NCBI GenBank assembly: GCA_029262755.1
Contig: JAJCYU010000008.1
Location: 114-64,113 of the forward strand
DNA length: 64,000 nt
Direction: 5' to 3'
Source of the DNA: Anaerolineae bacterium
GTDB taxonomy: Bacteria; Chloroflexota; Anaerolineae; Epilineales; Epilineaceae
Shown here: piece by piece, positions 1 to 9,089 of the stretch
How the letters are laid out: every line of letters starts with the position of its first letter
How positions within the stretch are numbered: the stretch's first letter is position 1
Notes under the pieces: model-generated
The model's database searches: none
The model's input: the letters and a program-made list of their open reading frames with translations, nothing else
What the model was told of the DNA's origin: nothing
Program-made: the position numbers and the translations under genes

Positions 1-2791
1 TGCCTGGGAAGAGGAGTCGGCCGACGACTACGACTTGAAGGTGCTCGACGAGGGCTACCGACTCCTGCGGCCGCGCGAGCACTCGGCGCAGGTGCCGGGC
101 GAGGAGCGCGAGTTCATCGAGCGCGCCTTCAAGGGCAATAGCGAATTGGTCAACACCGTCGTGGCCACGCCGACCCTGGAGATGGGCGTCGATATCGGAG
201 CCCTGGACGCGGTCCTGATGCGCAACGTGCCCCCACTACCGGCGAACTACTGGCAGCGCGCCGGTCGCGCCGGACGCCGCCACCGCATGGCCGTCGTCTT
301 GACCTACGCGCGCGGTGCCAGCCACGACCGCGCCTACTTTGAAGAACCGCTCAAGCTCCTGGGTGGCTCCATCGATCCGCCATCCTTCAATCTGCGCAAC
401 GACGTCATGGTGCGGCATCACGTCCACAGCACGGTATTGAGTTGGCTACATCGCAGGGTGCGCAGTGGTGAGGACCTGACGGAGTTCGATCGCACCGAGG
501 TGGCCGAAGCTCTTGGAAAGGCCTTCCCGCCGCGTGTCAGCGAATACCTGTTCAACGACCGGGGAGAGGTGCGCGCCAAGCCGCGCGAGATGAGCCTGCT
601 GCGTCTCGTGATTAGCAAGCACCAGGGGCTTATCTTCGAGCACGTGGAGTCGGTCTTTGGTCAGGGATGGCCCGAGTTGGATAAGAAGGTCGTCGAAGGT
701 GAGCGTCTCAAGCAGTACGTCGATGAGATGGCCGACGAGCTCGAGGTCGTGGTGCATAGGCTCTTCCGCCGGTTGCAGTGGGCGTTGGGCCAACTCAACC
801 GCCTTGAGGATGTTCGCAAGCGCAAGGGCACGCTCGACAAAGAAGACGAGGCGCTGCGCCGGCGTTGCGACAGGCTCGTGCGCCGGCTCAAGGGGCAAAG
901 CTTCGGCGACAAGGGCTCAGCCGAGGGAGTCGATGGTACATGGACGTACGGCGTGCTGTCCGCAGAAGGATTTCTGCCCGGCTATGGCCTAGATACGGGC
1001 TCGATTGTGGCCTATCACCAGCCGGCCTTCGGCTCCGGTCGGCGCGATTGGGAGTTACGTCGTTCCCAGGCCCTGGCGCTGCGCGAGTACGTGCCCGGTA
1101 ACTTGATCTACGCGGCGGGGCAGAAGTACCTCGCACGTAGGTATCACCTTGCGCTGGAAGGCGAGGATGGCAAGGGCCCGGCTCACTACCTGGTCGACCC
1201 CGCGGCCGAAGCGGTGCGCGAGCTGGACGGCTCGTCGAACGGAATGTCCGCAGGGCTCGGAGGCCAGACGATTACCGCCATCCCTATCAGCGATGTCGAT
1301 GTGCCGCACCACTCGTCCATCAGCGACGACGAGACCTATCGCTTCCAGATGCCGGTCTCGATCTTCGGCTACGAGCAGCCGCAGCACGAAGGCGGCACGG
1401 CTCTGTCCTGGAGCAAGAAGCAGCTCCATCACCGGCGCGGCGTGCGGCTGCGGCTGGTCAACGTCGGAGCCGCCACCCTGGTGCGGTCCAAGGGCGAGCT
1501 TGGCTACCCGGTGTGCATGGCCTGCGGCGCGAGCCGCTCGCCCATGGCTAGCCAGGTCGAGCGGGACAAGTTCGCCGAGACCCATCGCTCCAACTGCGGG
1601 CAGCCCGCGGAGCGCATCGGCTTCTACGCTGATGTCGTGGCCGACGCGCTGTCGTTGGTCGACTGCACCGACCGGACCGAGGCCTATAGCGTGATGGAGG
1701 CGCTGCGCCGCGGCGCGGCCGATATCCTGGAGATGGAAATCGAGGACCTTCAGCTGCTGGCCGTCGGCAAGCCAGGCGAGGAGGCGCTCGACATCCTGCT
1801 CTACGACCCCATGCCCGGCGGCTCGGGACTGCTCGACCAGATGGTCGATCGTTGGGCGGAGGTCGTCGCAGCGGCCAATCTCGTGCTCGATTGTCCCGCG
1901 CAATGCGGCGCGGCCTGCGTGGATTGCCTGCAGCGCTTCCGCAACGCGCACATCCATCGCTACCTTGACCGCCATGCAGCACTGGAGCGGCTCGCCGCTT
2001 GGGGCGCGAAGCTCCAGATGAAGCACGCGATCCCGGCCAAGCTGCCGCAGGCGGCGGAGTCAGGCAGTCCTAAAGCGACCAACATGGCGGAGTCCCGGCT
2101 CGCGGCCATGTTCGAGAAAGCCGGATTCCATGGAGCGATTGCCCAGCACGAGATCGAGATCGGCACGAAGTACAAGCGAACGCTTCCCGACTTTTTCTTT
2201 GAAGATTCGGGTGGGCACACGCTCGGGATCTGCGTCTACCTCGATGGGCTGAGTTTGAAGCTGCATGGCAATCCCAAGACTCAGAAGGCCGATGCCTACA
2301 TTACCGATTGGTTGCTCAATGAGGGCTATGCGGTGCGGCGCATCGCTGCGACTGAGCTCGACGATGCCGGAACGATGGGCAATCACTTCTTCTGGCTGGG
2401 CCAGCGACTTGTGAGTGTCCGGCGCGCCAAGGAGCTTCGCGAGCGGCCCAATGATTGGTTCGTGGGACGCGAGGAGGCGAACAACGGGAGTGACGACCGT
2501 GAAGTGTCCAACTGGGATGAGACAATCGACGGTCTGATCGCAGAGCAGTGGCGCACTTTGGCGCGTGGATTGCGCGACGCCGGCCTTGCGGCACCGGACG
2601 ATGGCGCGGGCGACCTCGTAGCGGACGGGTTGGATGGGCGTATGGCAATCATGGTGTGGCAGACAGATCGCGGAGAAGTTGCACTCATCGAGGAGGGAAC
2701 GCCGACCGACGACCCCCGCCATGTGGCCGCCCGTCCCGAAAGCGATCCCGCAGCGGTGGCGCGGGCCGTTCGCGAGCGGATGGGAGGCTGA
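1..2791 (+). CDS. Giant SF2 (DEAD/DEAH-type) helicase, 5'-partial; only the C-terminal ~918 aa lie in the window. Carries helicase motifs V/VI, a DUF1998/MZB-like zinc-ribbon region, a DUF559 (Vsr/restriction-endonuclease-like) domain and a ~120-aa C-terminal tail
   Basis: The reading frame is open from nt 2, so the gene continues upstream. Motif VI QRAGRAGRR and motif V TPTLEMGVDIG are present. Cys clusters YPVCMACGAS and CPAQCGAACVDCLQRF sit ~100 aa apart, as in DUF1998 of MrfA/DrmA/DruE-type helicases. The C-terminal block KRTLPDFFFEDSGGHTLGICVYLDGLSLKLHG...GYAVRRIAATELDD resembles DUF559. Confidence 0.75.
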   Translation, partial: AWEEESADDYDLKVLDEGYRLLRPREHSAQVPGEEREFIERAFKGNSELVNTVVATPTLEMGVDIGALDAVLMRNVPPLPANYWQRAGRAGRRHRMAVVLTYARGASHDRAYFEEPLKLLGGSIDPPSFNLRNDVMVRHHVHSTVLSWLHRRVRSGEDLTEFDRTEVAEALGKAFPPRVSEYLFNDRGEVRAKPREMSLLRLVISKHQGLIFEHVESVFGQGWPELDKKVVEGERLKQYVDEMADELEVVVHRLFRRLQWALGQLNRLEDVRKRKGTLDKEDEALRRRCDRLVRRLKGQSFGDKGSAEGVDGTWTYGVLSAEGFLPGYGLDTGSIVAYHQPAFGSGRRDWELRRSQALALREYVPGNLIYAAGQKYLARRYHLALEGEDGKGPAHYLVDPAAEAVRELDGSSNGMSAGLGGQTITAIPISDVDVPHHSSISDDETYRFQMPVSIFGYEQPQHEGGTALSWSKKQLHHRRGVRLRLVNVGAATLVRSKGELGYPVCMACGASRSPMASQVERDKFAETHRSNCGQPAERIGFYADVVADALSLVDCTDRTEAYSVMEALRRGAADILEMEIEDLQLLAVGKPGEEALDILLYDPMPGGSGLLDQMVDRWAEVVAAANLVLDCPAQCGAACVDCLQRFRNAHIHRYLDRHAALERLAAWGAKLQMKHAIPAKLPQAAESGSPKATNMAESRLAAMFEKAGFHGAIAQHEIEIGTKYKRTLPDFFFEDSGGHTLGICVYLDGLSLKLHGNPKTQKADAYITDWLLNEGYAVRRIAATELDDAGTMGNHFFWLGQRLVSVRRAKELRERPNDWFVGREEANNGSDDREVSNWDETIDGLIAEQWRTLARGLRDAGLAAPDDGAGDLVADGLDGRMAIMVWQTDRGEVALIEEGTPTDDPRHVAARPESDPAAVARAVRERMGG

Positions 2792-2794
2792 CCA

Positions 2795-4858
2795 ATGCGC
2801 ATCGTGCTCGCCGACACGCTGGCCCAGAGTCTCGAAGCACTCGACAAGTCCGTGCGAGGGCTGGTCAAGCGGAAGGTCTTCGATTTCCAACTCGCGCCGG
2901 CCACATCCGGCAAGAGCTATCACCGCATCGATAAGGCACCGCAGCAAGGCTTCTGGTCCTTCCGCGTCAATCGCGACCTGCGATTGGTCGTCTTTCAGGA
3001 GGGCGACCTACGTGTCCTGTGCCACGTCGCCCACCATGACGACGCCTACGAATGGGCGATGCGTCACCGCTACGAGGAACACCCCAACACGACCGAGATC
3101 CAACTCGTGCGCATCGAGAAATCCGTGCGCGAGGTGATCGAGCGGCGGGTGAAGGTCATCGAAGAGTTGCCCCCCCTCTTCACGAAGCATACCGATGATT
3201 ATCTACTTGCCCTCGGCGTTCCGCCTGTCTGGTTGGACGCCATCAAGCTGGTGACGGAGGACACCCTTCTGGAAGCGCTCGACGAATTGCCCAGCGCCGT
3301 AGCCGAGCGTCTGATGCGGCTTTACGAAGGCAAGCCGGTGCCCCGCCCGGTGATCGCCGCGGGAGCGACGGGCTGGGATCACCCCGACACCGCACGCCAC
3401 TTCCGGGTACTGGGCTCCGAGCGCGAGTTGCAGCAGGCGCTGGAGTTCCCATGGCAGAAGTGGATCGTCTTCCTCCATCCCGAGCAGCGCAAAGTGGCCG
3501 AGCGCACCTTTTCCGGATCGGCTCTGGTGACGGGCGGCGCCGGCACGGGCAAGACGGTGGTCGCGCTGCACCGTGCACAACACCTTGCCGAGGCCAATCC
3601 GAACGCGCGCATCCTGCTGACGACGTTCTCGCGCACGCTGTCTGCAAGCCTCGAGCGCAACGCCCGGGTGCTGATGGGTGAGGACAGCCCGCTGTTGGAC
3701 CGCATTCACGTGGCCAACGTGCATCGCTACGCCGTGGAGGCCTACGAGGAAGCGCACGGCGCAGGACCGCATCTGATCAACGACCAGTCGCTCCAATCGC
3801 GGCTAGCCTCGATCTCGGGCCGGCTTGGATTCGACGAGTTCCCCCTCGACTTCATCGAGGCCGAATGGTGGAACGTCATCGATGCTTGGGGAATCCACGA
3901 TTGGTCGAGCTACCTGACTTTCGCCCGGGTTGGCCGCAAGCAGCGGCTGGGCGCCCGTCAACGGCAGCGGATGTGGCGTGTCTTCGAAGCGATGCTGGGC
4001 GAGTTGCGCGCTGACAACCGACAGACCTACAGTGCGCTTTGCGACACATTGCGCCGTGATGTTGAACATGGCCTAGTGCCCCGCTTCGATCACGTCGTCG
4101 TCGATGAAGCTCAGGACTTTGGACCGGCCGAGCTGCGCCTGCTACGGGCGCTCGTGCTGGAGGGGCCGGACGACCTCTTTCTGAGCGGTGACGCCGGGCA
4201 GCGCATCTTCCAGAGCCGCTTCCCGTGGCTGGCCGCCGATATCGACGTGCGCGGCCGATCGAGCACACTGCGTGTCAACTATCGGACCACCGAGCAAATC
4301 CGTCGCTTCGCAGACCGCATGCGCTTCGTCGTGCACGACGAGGCCGACCCGCTATCGCTTGACGAGGGCGCCGTGTCGCTCCTCGGTGGTCCTGAGCCGA
4401 CACTGATCGGCGCCGACGACAAGGCGGGGGAGATATTGACGCTGTCCACTTGGCTGGAAGAGTTGCTCCAAGACGGCTACCAGCCCGAAGACGTGGCCAT
4501 CTTTGCCCGCACCAAGAAGGTCCGCGACGAGCGGGGGCGCCCGGCCATTGAGCGCTCTGGCGCCCGTGTGCATGAGCTCAACGACGATCGCGAGCCGGAG
4601 GCAGGTTGTGTTTCGCTAGGCACGATGCACCGCGCCAAGGGCCTCGAGTTCAAGGCCGTGGCCGTCGCCGGCTGCGACCGGCGGATGCTGCCGCAGGCGT
4701 GGTTAGCCGAACGCATCGGTGACGCGGCCGAGCGCGAAGCCTTCATCGAGCGCGAACGACACGTCTTCTATGTGGCCTGCACCCGGGCACGCGAGCGGCT
4801 GCTGGTAACGTGGGTCGGGGAGGGGAGCGAGTTTCTGGAGGCAGTAGAACGGGATTGA
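2795..4858 (+). CDS. UvrD/PcrA-like SF1 helicase with an N-terminal RelE/ParE-toxin-like domain (~100 aa)
   Basis: Walker A VTGGAGTGKTVVALHRA, Walker B VVVDEAQDF, NYRTTEQI, GTMHRAKGLEFKAVAV and FYVACTRARERLLVT. The N-terminus VNRDLRLVVFQEGDLRVLCHVAHHDDAYEW follows the RelE/ParE sequence pattern. The ATG lies 4 nt after the upstream stop, with a GGAGG-like site inside the upstream gene's 3' end. Confidence 0.8.
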   Translation: MRIVLADTLAQSLEALDKSVRGLVKRKVFDFQLAPATSGKSYHRIDKAPQQGFWSFRVNRDLRLVVFQEGDLRVLCHVAHHDDAYEWAMRHRYEEHPNTTEIQLVRIEKSVREVIERRVKVIEELPPLFTKHTDDYLLALGVPPVWLDAIKLVTEDTLLEALDELPSAVAERLMRLYEGKPVPRPVIAAGATGWDHPDTARHFRVLGSERELQQALEFPWQKWIVFLHPEQRKVAERTFSGSALVTGGAGTGKTVVALHRAQHLAEANPNARILLTTFSRTLSASLERNARVLMGEDSPLLDRIHVANVHRYAVEAYEEAHGAGPHLINDQSLQSRLASISGRLGFDEFPLDFIEAEWWNVIDAWGIHDWSSYLTFARVGRKQRLGARQRQRMWRVFEAMLGELRADNRQTYSALCDTLRRDVEHGLVPRFDHVVVDEAQDFGPAELRLLRALVLEGPDDLFLSGDAGQRIFQSRFPWLAADIDVRGRSSTLRVNYRTTEQIRRFADRMRFVVHDEADPLSLDEGAVSLLGGPEPTLIGADDKAGEILTLSTWLEELLQDGYQPEDVAIFARTKKVRDERGRPAIERSGARVHELNDDREPEAGCVSLGTMHRAKGLEFKAVAVAGCDRRMLPQAWLAERIGDAAEREAFIERERHVFYVACTRARERLLVTWVGEGSEFLEAVERD

Positions 4859-4906
4859 CGCAGGGCAGAGAACGCTTTGTCGTTTTCGGAGTGGTGTTTG
4901 GACGAA

Positions 4907-6058
4907 CTACGAAGCGACCTGTAGAGCCTCCAACACAATGAAGCCGTCGATGGCAGCGCTCTCCGGAAGGGCACGCACCTGCTCGTCGAGCTCCATGGGT
5001 CGAACGTTGTGTTCGGCCATCAATTCGTACTGAAGTGCATATCCTTCAAGCACGCCGGCGCGCGCAGTTAGTCGGTTCATGAACGGGACGACCACGTCCA
5101 AGTCTCGCTGTCGTTGCTCGGCCGGCGAAGGCGCCGTGAACCGGTCCCGAATGCGTGACGCCGATAGGGCTGCGCGTGCCTTGTGGACATCCTCGAATTG
5201 GGGCTTGCGGATCGTTCGCTCGTCGTAGTAGGGGCCAAGCTCGCGCCGAAGGTCGTCCAACCGATCGCTCGCGTGATCTGAGTCCTCGTTCGCGAAACTG
5301 AGCCAAGCCGACAGGGTTGTTAGAGATACAGAGTCCACAAAATCGGCGTGCAGGAAGCGATGCGGTTCGTCGCCTAGCAGCAGATCGTTCGCAAAGCGCC
5401 TGGTATGGTCGCGCCACACCTCAATTCCGTCGGCGAGCTCGGAGGCCGCAAGGTTCATTGAGCCCATGTCGGCTTGACAACGGGCGAGGCCGAGTAGGGC
5501 GATGCAGAAGATCTGCTCGTTGGCGTCTGCCACGGTGATCTCCTCGGAATGCGCCAGCGCGTTGCGGTATTGGTGCGTCTTCACCGACAGATCGCGATAG
5601 GCATCCACCAAGACCTCTCGCTGGGCATCACCGTCCGCCATCTGAACCACCTTGGCCACTCGCTCCAGCGCGGCGTGCAGCTCCGCTCGCTCGCGGCGTT
5701 CGAGCAATTCGCGGATGGCTCTGACGTCGCGCGCGACAGATTCAAGGCGCTTCTCTAGCCGGTCCAACATCACGAACAGGGTCGAGAACCCTACGGCCGA
5801 GACGGCCAGGTTGAGTGCGGAGAAGGCCATCGTGGCCTGCATGCCTTGGAGGAGGAGAGGGGCGGATGCCGAAAGACGCGCCAACTCAGCTTGTTGTGGA
5901 ATCACCAGGTGGCGCACGATCTGACCGGCTCCCTCCTCTCCGGCCGCTCGGCGAACGACACCGCCGAGTACGGTGCACCGACGTGCATCTACGCAGGGAA
6001 GGACGTCGAGGGGCAGCGAACGCATGACGTTCATGCCGAGGATGCTCGAGTCGATCAT
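4907..6058 (-). CDS. Hypothetical protein with one predicted TM helix (AFSALNLAVSAVGFSTLFVML) followed by a coiled-coil-like region; start may instead be at 5842
   Basis: Long ORF, hydrophobic segment, no recognisable catalytic motifs. Sits on the same strand downstream of the two PD-(D/E)xK genes. Confidence 0.5.
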   Translation of the reverse strand: MIDSSILGMNVMRSLPLDVLPCVDARRCTVLGGVVRRAAGEEGAGQIVRHLVIPQQAELARLSASAPLLLQGMQATMAFSALNLAVSAVGFSTLFVMLDRLEKRLESVARDVRAIRELLERRERAELHAALERVAKVVQMADGDAQREVLVDAYRDLSVKTHQYRNALAHSEEITVADANEQIFCIALLGLARCQADMGSMNLAASELADGIEVWRDHTRRFANDLLLGDEPHRFLHADFVDSVSLTTLSAWLSFANEDSDHASDRLDDLRRELGPYYDERTIRKPQFEDVHKARAALSASRIRDRFTAPSPAEQRQRDLDVVVPFMNRLTARAGVLEGYALQYELMAEHNVRPMELDEQVRALPESAAIDGFIVLEALQVAS

Positions 6059-6227
6059 GGGAAGGCCCTCGATAGGTATGACGTTGAAGAATCGACGCGG
6101 TAGGCCCCACGGTGGGGCAGGGCTTGCAAGCGCTTATCCACGCACGTGAAAAACGTTGAAGTTCAACCACCCTAGCACAGCCCAATTGGCCTGCGCCACC
6201 AGTGTTCTGCTCGCTGATCCATCGGAC

Positions 6228-7067
6228 CTACACAGGGTGCACGTGCTCGATGACATGCACTGCCAGCGTGTTGCGTACCGGAACCAGTTCGTTGGGCAAG
6301 GCTCCTTCGAGCACAAGGGCCGTCTCGACCCCGGTGTCCCTTCCAAGAACCGCGAGCTCTGCCTTCAGCACCGCAGCGTACTTCACACACTGGAACAGTC
6401 CACGTAAGAGGTCAACGGTGGATGCATTGCGTGCCTTGACCTCAACGGCGAGCCAAGTGGCCGGTCCGCGGAAGAGCACGTCAATCTTGTCGGCCGACGG
6501 TAAGCCGTACTCGATCTCGCTGTCGACTCCGTGGGCAAGGCCAACGACCTTCGAGTGCGCCGCCACAAACTTTTTTAGCCGAAGGTGGAGTTCTCCCTCT
6601 CCGCCAGCACGATAGCCGCGTACACGCTCTAGAAGACTGGATGGGACGGCCGGCGGTGCATCCTCAAGATCGAAGTGCGAGAGCACTTGCGGCCAACGAG
6701 AGTAGGCGAAGATCTGGGACCAGAAAGCTAGAGCGAGCTTGCGTTTCGCTCGTAGGGAGCGCGATGCGTAGTCGGGCACGTTTAACGGGTATCCAACGAT
6801 TCCCTCACCTGGCACGCGAGTTTCCTTGCTGACGACAAGGAACTGTATCGGTGGGATCTCCGTTCCCCATCGATCACCTAGCGCGGTGAGATCCCATCCG
6901 ATGGCGCCGAGCACGTAGTTCAGATTGCGTGCGTTTGGCATTCTCAACTCTTCAGCCAAAGCGGAATATGTGATGGGCTGCTCGGCGTGGGCCTGACGCA
7001 CGAGGAGCGGAAGCGCACTACGGGCGCGCCGTTGGTAAAGTTCGTCTCCCTGCATAGTTTGAGCCAT
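6228..7067 (-). CDS. PD-(D/E)xK nuclease-fold protein (restriction-endonuclease-like), otherwise hypothetical
   Basis: C-terminal motif IDVLF...WLAVEVKARN...QCVKY gives D…EVK. Strong RBS GGGAGGAGG before the ATG at 7067 (MAQTMQGDELYQ). The ORF extends to a GTG at 7106. Confidence 0.6.
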   Translation of the reverse strand: MAQTMQGDELYQRRARSALPLLVRQAHAEQPITYSALAEELRMPNARNLNYVLGAIGWDLTALGDRWGTEIPPIQFLVVSKETRVPGEGIVGYPLNVPDYASRSLRAKRKLALAFWSQIFAYSRWPQVLSHFDLEDAPPAVPSSLLERVRGYRAGGEGELHLRLKKFVAAHSKVVGLAHGVDSEIEYGLPSADKIDVLFRGPATWLAVEVKARNASTVDLLRGLFQCVKYAAVLKAELAVLGRDTGVETALVLEGALPNELVPVRNTLAVHVIEHVHPV

Positions 7068-7112
7068 GCGCCTCCTCCCGTGGACATGATGTAGTGAACC
7101 TGGCACGGCAGA

Positions 7113-8555
7113 TCAAACTCCCAGTGGAGCGACTCCCAGCCGCCGATCCCTCGCGTCGCGAATCTCGCACACAGTCTCATGCAGCACGTCGGCCTTCGGC
7201 AGGATCTCGTCGCCGTGCAGCCTCAGCGCCGGTTTCAGCTCATCGACGTACGTGGCGAACACGCGGCAGCCTTCCGGTGCGGCGATGATGAACGAGGCCG
7301 ATCCGACCTGCAAGGCGTAGGAACGGCCTTGCATCGCAGCGTCCTTCCAGTCCTCGCGGCGCACGAGGGAGTGCTTGGCCTCCACGATGGTCAGCAGCCG
7401 GCCTTCGCCGTCGCGAACCAGGTAGTCGATCCGGCCTAGGATGCGCTGCGAGCCGAGTCGGAACTCGCAGGCGTGTTCGCGAATCGAGCGCCCGCCCATT
7501 TTCTTGAGCACGCCTTCGAGGCAGTCCTTGCAGAAGGCGTCCTCGTCCGGATAGTCGCCCGCACGACGAATTCGGTCGAAAGCCGCGGCAGCCACTGAAG
7601 GGGTGGCCGTCTCCGATGGGCTTTCACCTTGCAGCAACTCATGAAGTCGTACGCGCATGCGCGGCGGGATCGACTCCGCTACCAAGCCGTTGAATCGTGA
7701 CTTGACGAGGCCCCATTGCGCGAGCACCTCGTCGGCCATCATCTCCGCGAAGGTCAAGTGACCTGAACTATCGACACGCCGAAGGTCCACGTTGCACGCA
7801 CGCCACCGCGCTAGCGGATCGATGCCGGGCAACCCATCCACCTCAAACACATCGGTGATCGCCCGAGTGTCTGCCATCCGGTACACGTAAACCTTTTCGC
7901 CCGGCGCCATCTCCATTCGCCCAGACCAGGTGACCGTCTCGTTCTCGAGCTCCGCGTAGTCACCCGGCTTGCAGGCAACTAGCCACGCCCGCTCGCCGTC
8001 GCCGCGCCGCACGTGCAGCGGGATCAGGTCGTCGTAGAGGAAGCGCCAGAGGCGAAACTGAAGCTCGAAGCGATCTCGCGGACGCTTGAGAAGAGTGCCG
8101 ACTGAGGTCCGGCGCGGCCACCACTCCTCCGCCAACTCAAAGAGTGCGTCACCGATTTTGCGCCATCGGTCGAGAGCGCGCTGTCCGCTGCCGAAGGCAT
8201 GAAACGAAAACGCGAGACGCGGTTCTGCGGCGCTAAGGAAGGCGAGTCCATCGAAGAGCTCGCGGTCGTAGTACGGCGCGCGCCACAGAAGGAAGTGGTC
8301 TGGATGGGCACGCGCCAACATCGCGGTGGACTCTACGAGCTTGCCGCGAAGTGTCTTGCTGCGGCGCACGCGACCGTAGGCCGTCGCGGGTGTGTCACGG
8401 TCCAGGTTGGCCAGGACGCGTGGCTTCCTCTTGTAGCCATATCGGATCTGGTCGACCAGTGCCCGCGGCTCGATTCGCCGGAAGCGCTCGTACGACGATA
8501 GATCCGCCTCGGCCGCTCGGGCGATGAGGCGTTCGAGCATGACGTTGGCGTTCAT
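7113..8555 (-). CDS. Hypothetical two-domain protein: central possible PUA-like (EVE/ASCH-type) barrel plus C-terminal PD-(D/E)xK nuclease domain
   Basis: GRIDYLVRDGEGRLLTIVEAKHS gives D…EAK. The central segment WLVACKPGDYAELENETVTWSGRMEMAPGEKVYVYR is EVE-like. RBS GGAAGGAG lies 8 nt before the ATG at 8555 (MNANVMLERL). Confidence 0.6.
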   Translation of the reverse strand: MNANVMLERLIARAAEADLSSYERFRRIEPRALVDQIRYGYKRKPRVLANLDRDTPATAYGRVRRSKTLRGKLVESTAMLARAHPDHFLLWRAPYYDRELFDGLAFLSAAEPRLAFSFHAFGSGQRALDRWRKIGDALFELAEEWWPRRTSVGTLLKRPRDRFELQFRLWRFLYDDLIPLHVRRGDGERAWLVACKPGDYAELENETVTWSGRMEMAPGEKVYVYRMADTRAITDVFEVDGLPGIDPLARWRACNVDLRRVDSSGHLTFAEMMADEVLAQWGLVKSRFNGLVAESIPPRMRVRLHELLQGESPSETATPSVAAAAFDRIRRAGDYPDEDAFCKDCLEGVLKKMGGRSIREHACEFRLGSQRILGRIDYLVRDGEGRLLTIVEAKHSLVRREDWKDAAMQGRSYALQVGSASFIIAAPEGCRVFATYVDELKPALRLHGDEILPKADVLHETVCEIRDARDRRLGVAPLGV

Positions 8556-9089
8556 GGTGAGCACTCCTTCCTATCATGCCGAAGTCAGTGCTGAAACGCG
8601 GGACCGTCCGCACGATACAGTGTGCCGTGCCCACCGTCATGTGGGTTCTCCAGCAGCGGATCAGCTGCGCGGTCAGCCGGCCAACTCGGAGCTTGCGTTG
8701 CGCTCAACTGACCGTCGGCCTCGCTCGGTCCAAATCGTCGCCCCAAAACGAAAAATCTTAGGGCCAAGGTGCCACGCCCAAGCGCCTTACGGTCTCGCCC
8801 AACGCCAAGGATTAATGCGGTGCGGGTTTCTTATTGTCGTTTGGCGAAAGCGGGTTGAACGGCGAGTGGAGGCTGTATGGGGGTAAACAATGGTGTTGGA
8901 ACGGACGGGCCGTCGCTTTCGGGGATGAAATCGCCGACTTCATTGATCCCAAGGAGGTGCTCCGTGGTCGGATAGAGGCGGTATGAGACGAGCGCCCTGA
9001 CTCCACAACTGTACGATGGTCCTTCGCTGAGATGCTGACTAGACACAAGCGAGGCTCGGCAACGCGCTCGTACGATCGTCCCCGAATCG

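Noticed and set aside
8565-9089. ~500-bp gap with a short open frame (…AFGDEIADFIDPKEVLRGRIEAV*), considered as a small gene or IS remnant
   Set aside because: Too short, no RBS and no recognisable family; left unannotated.
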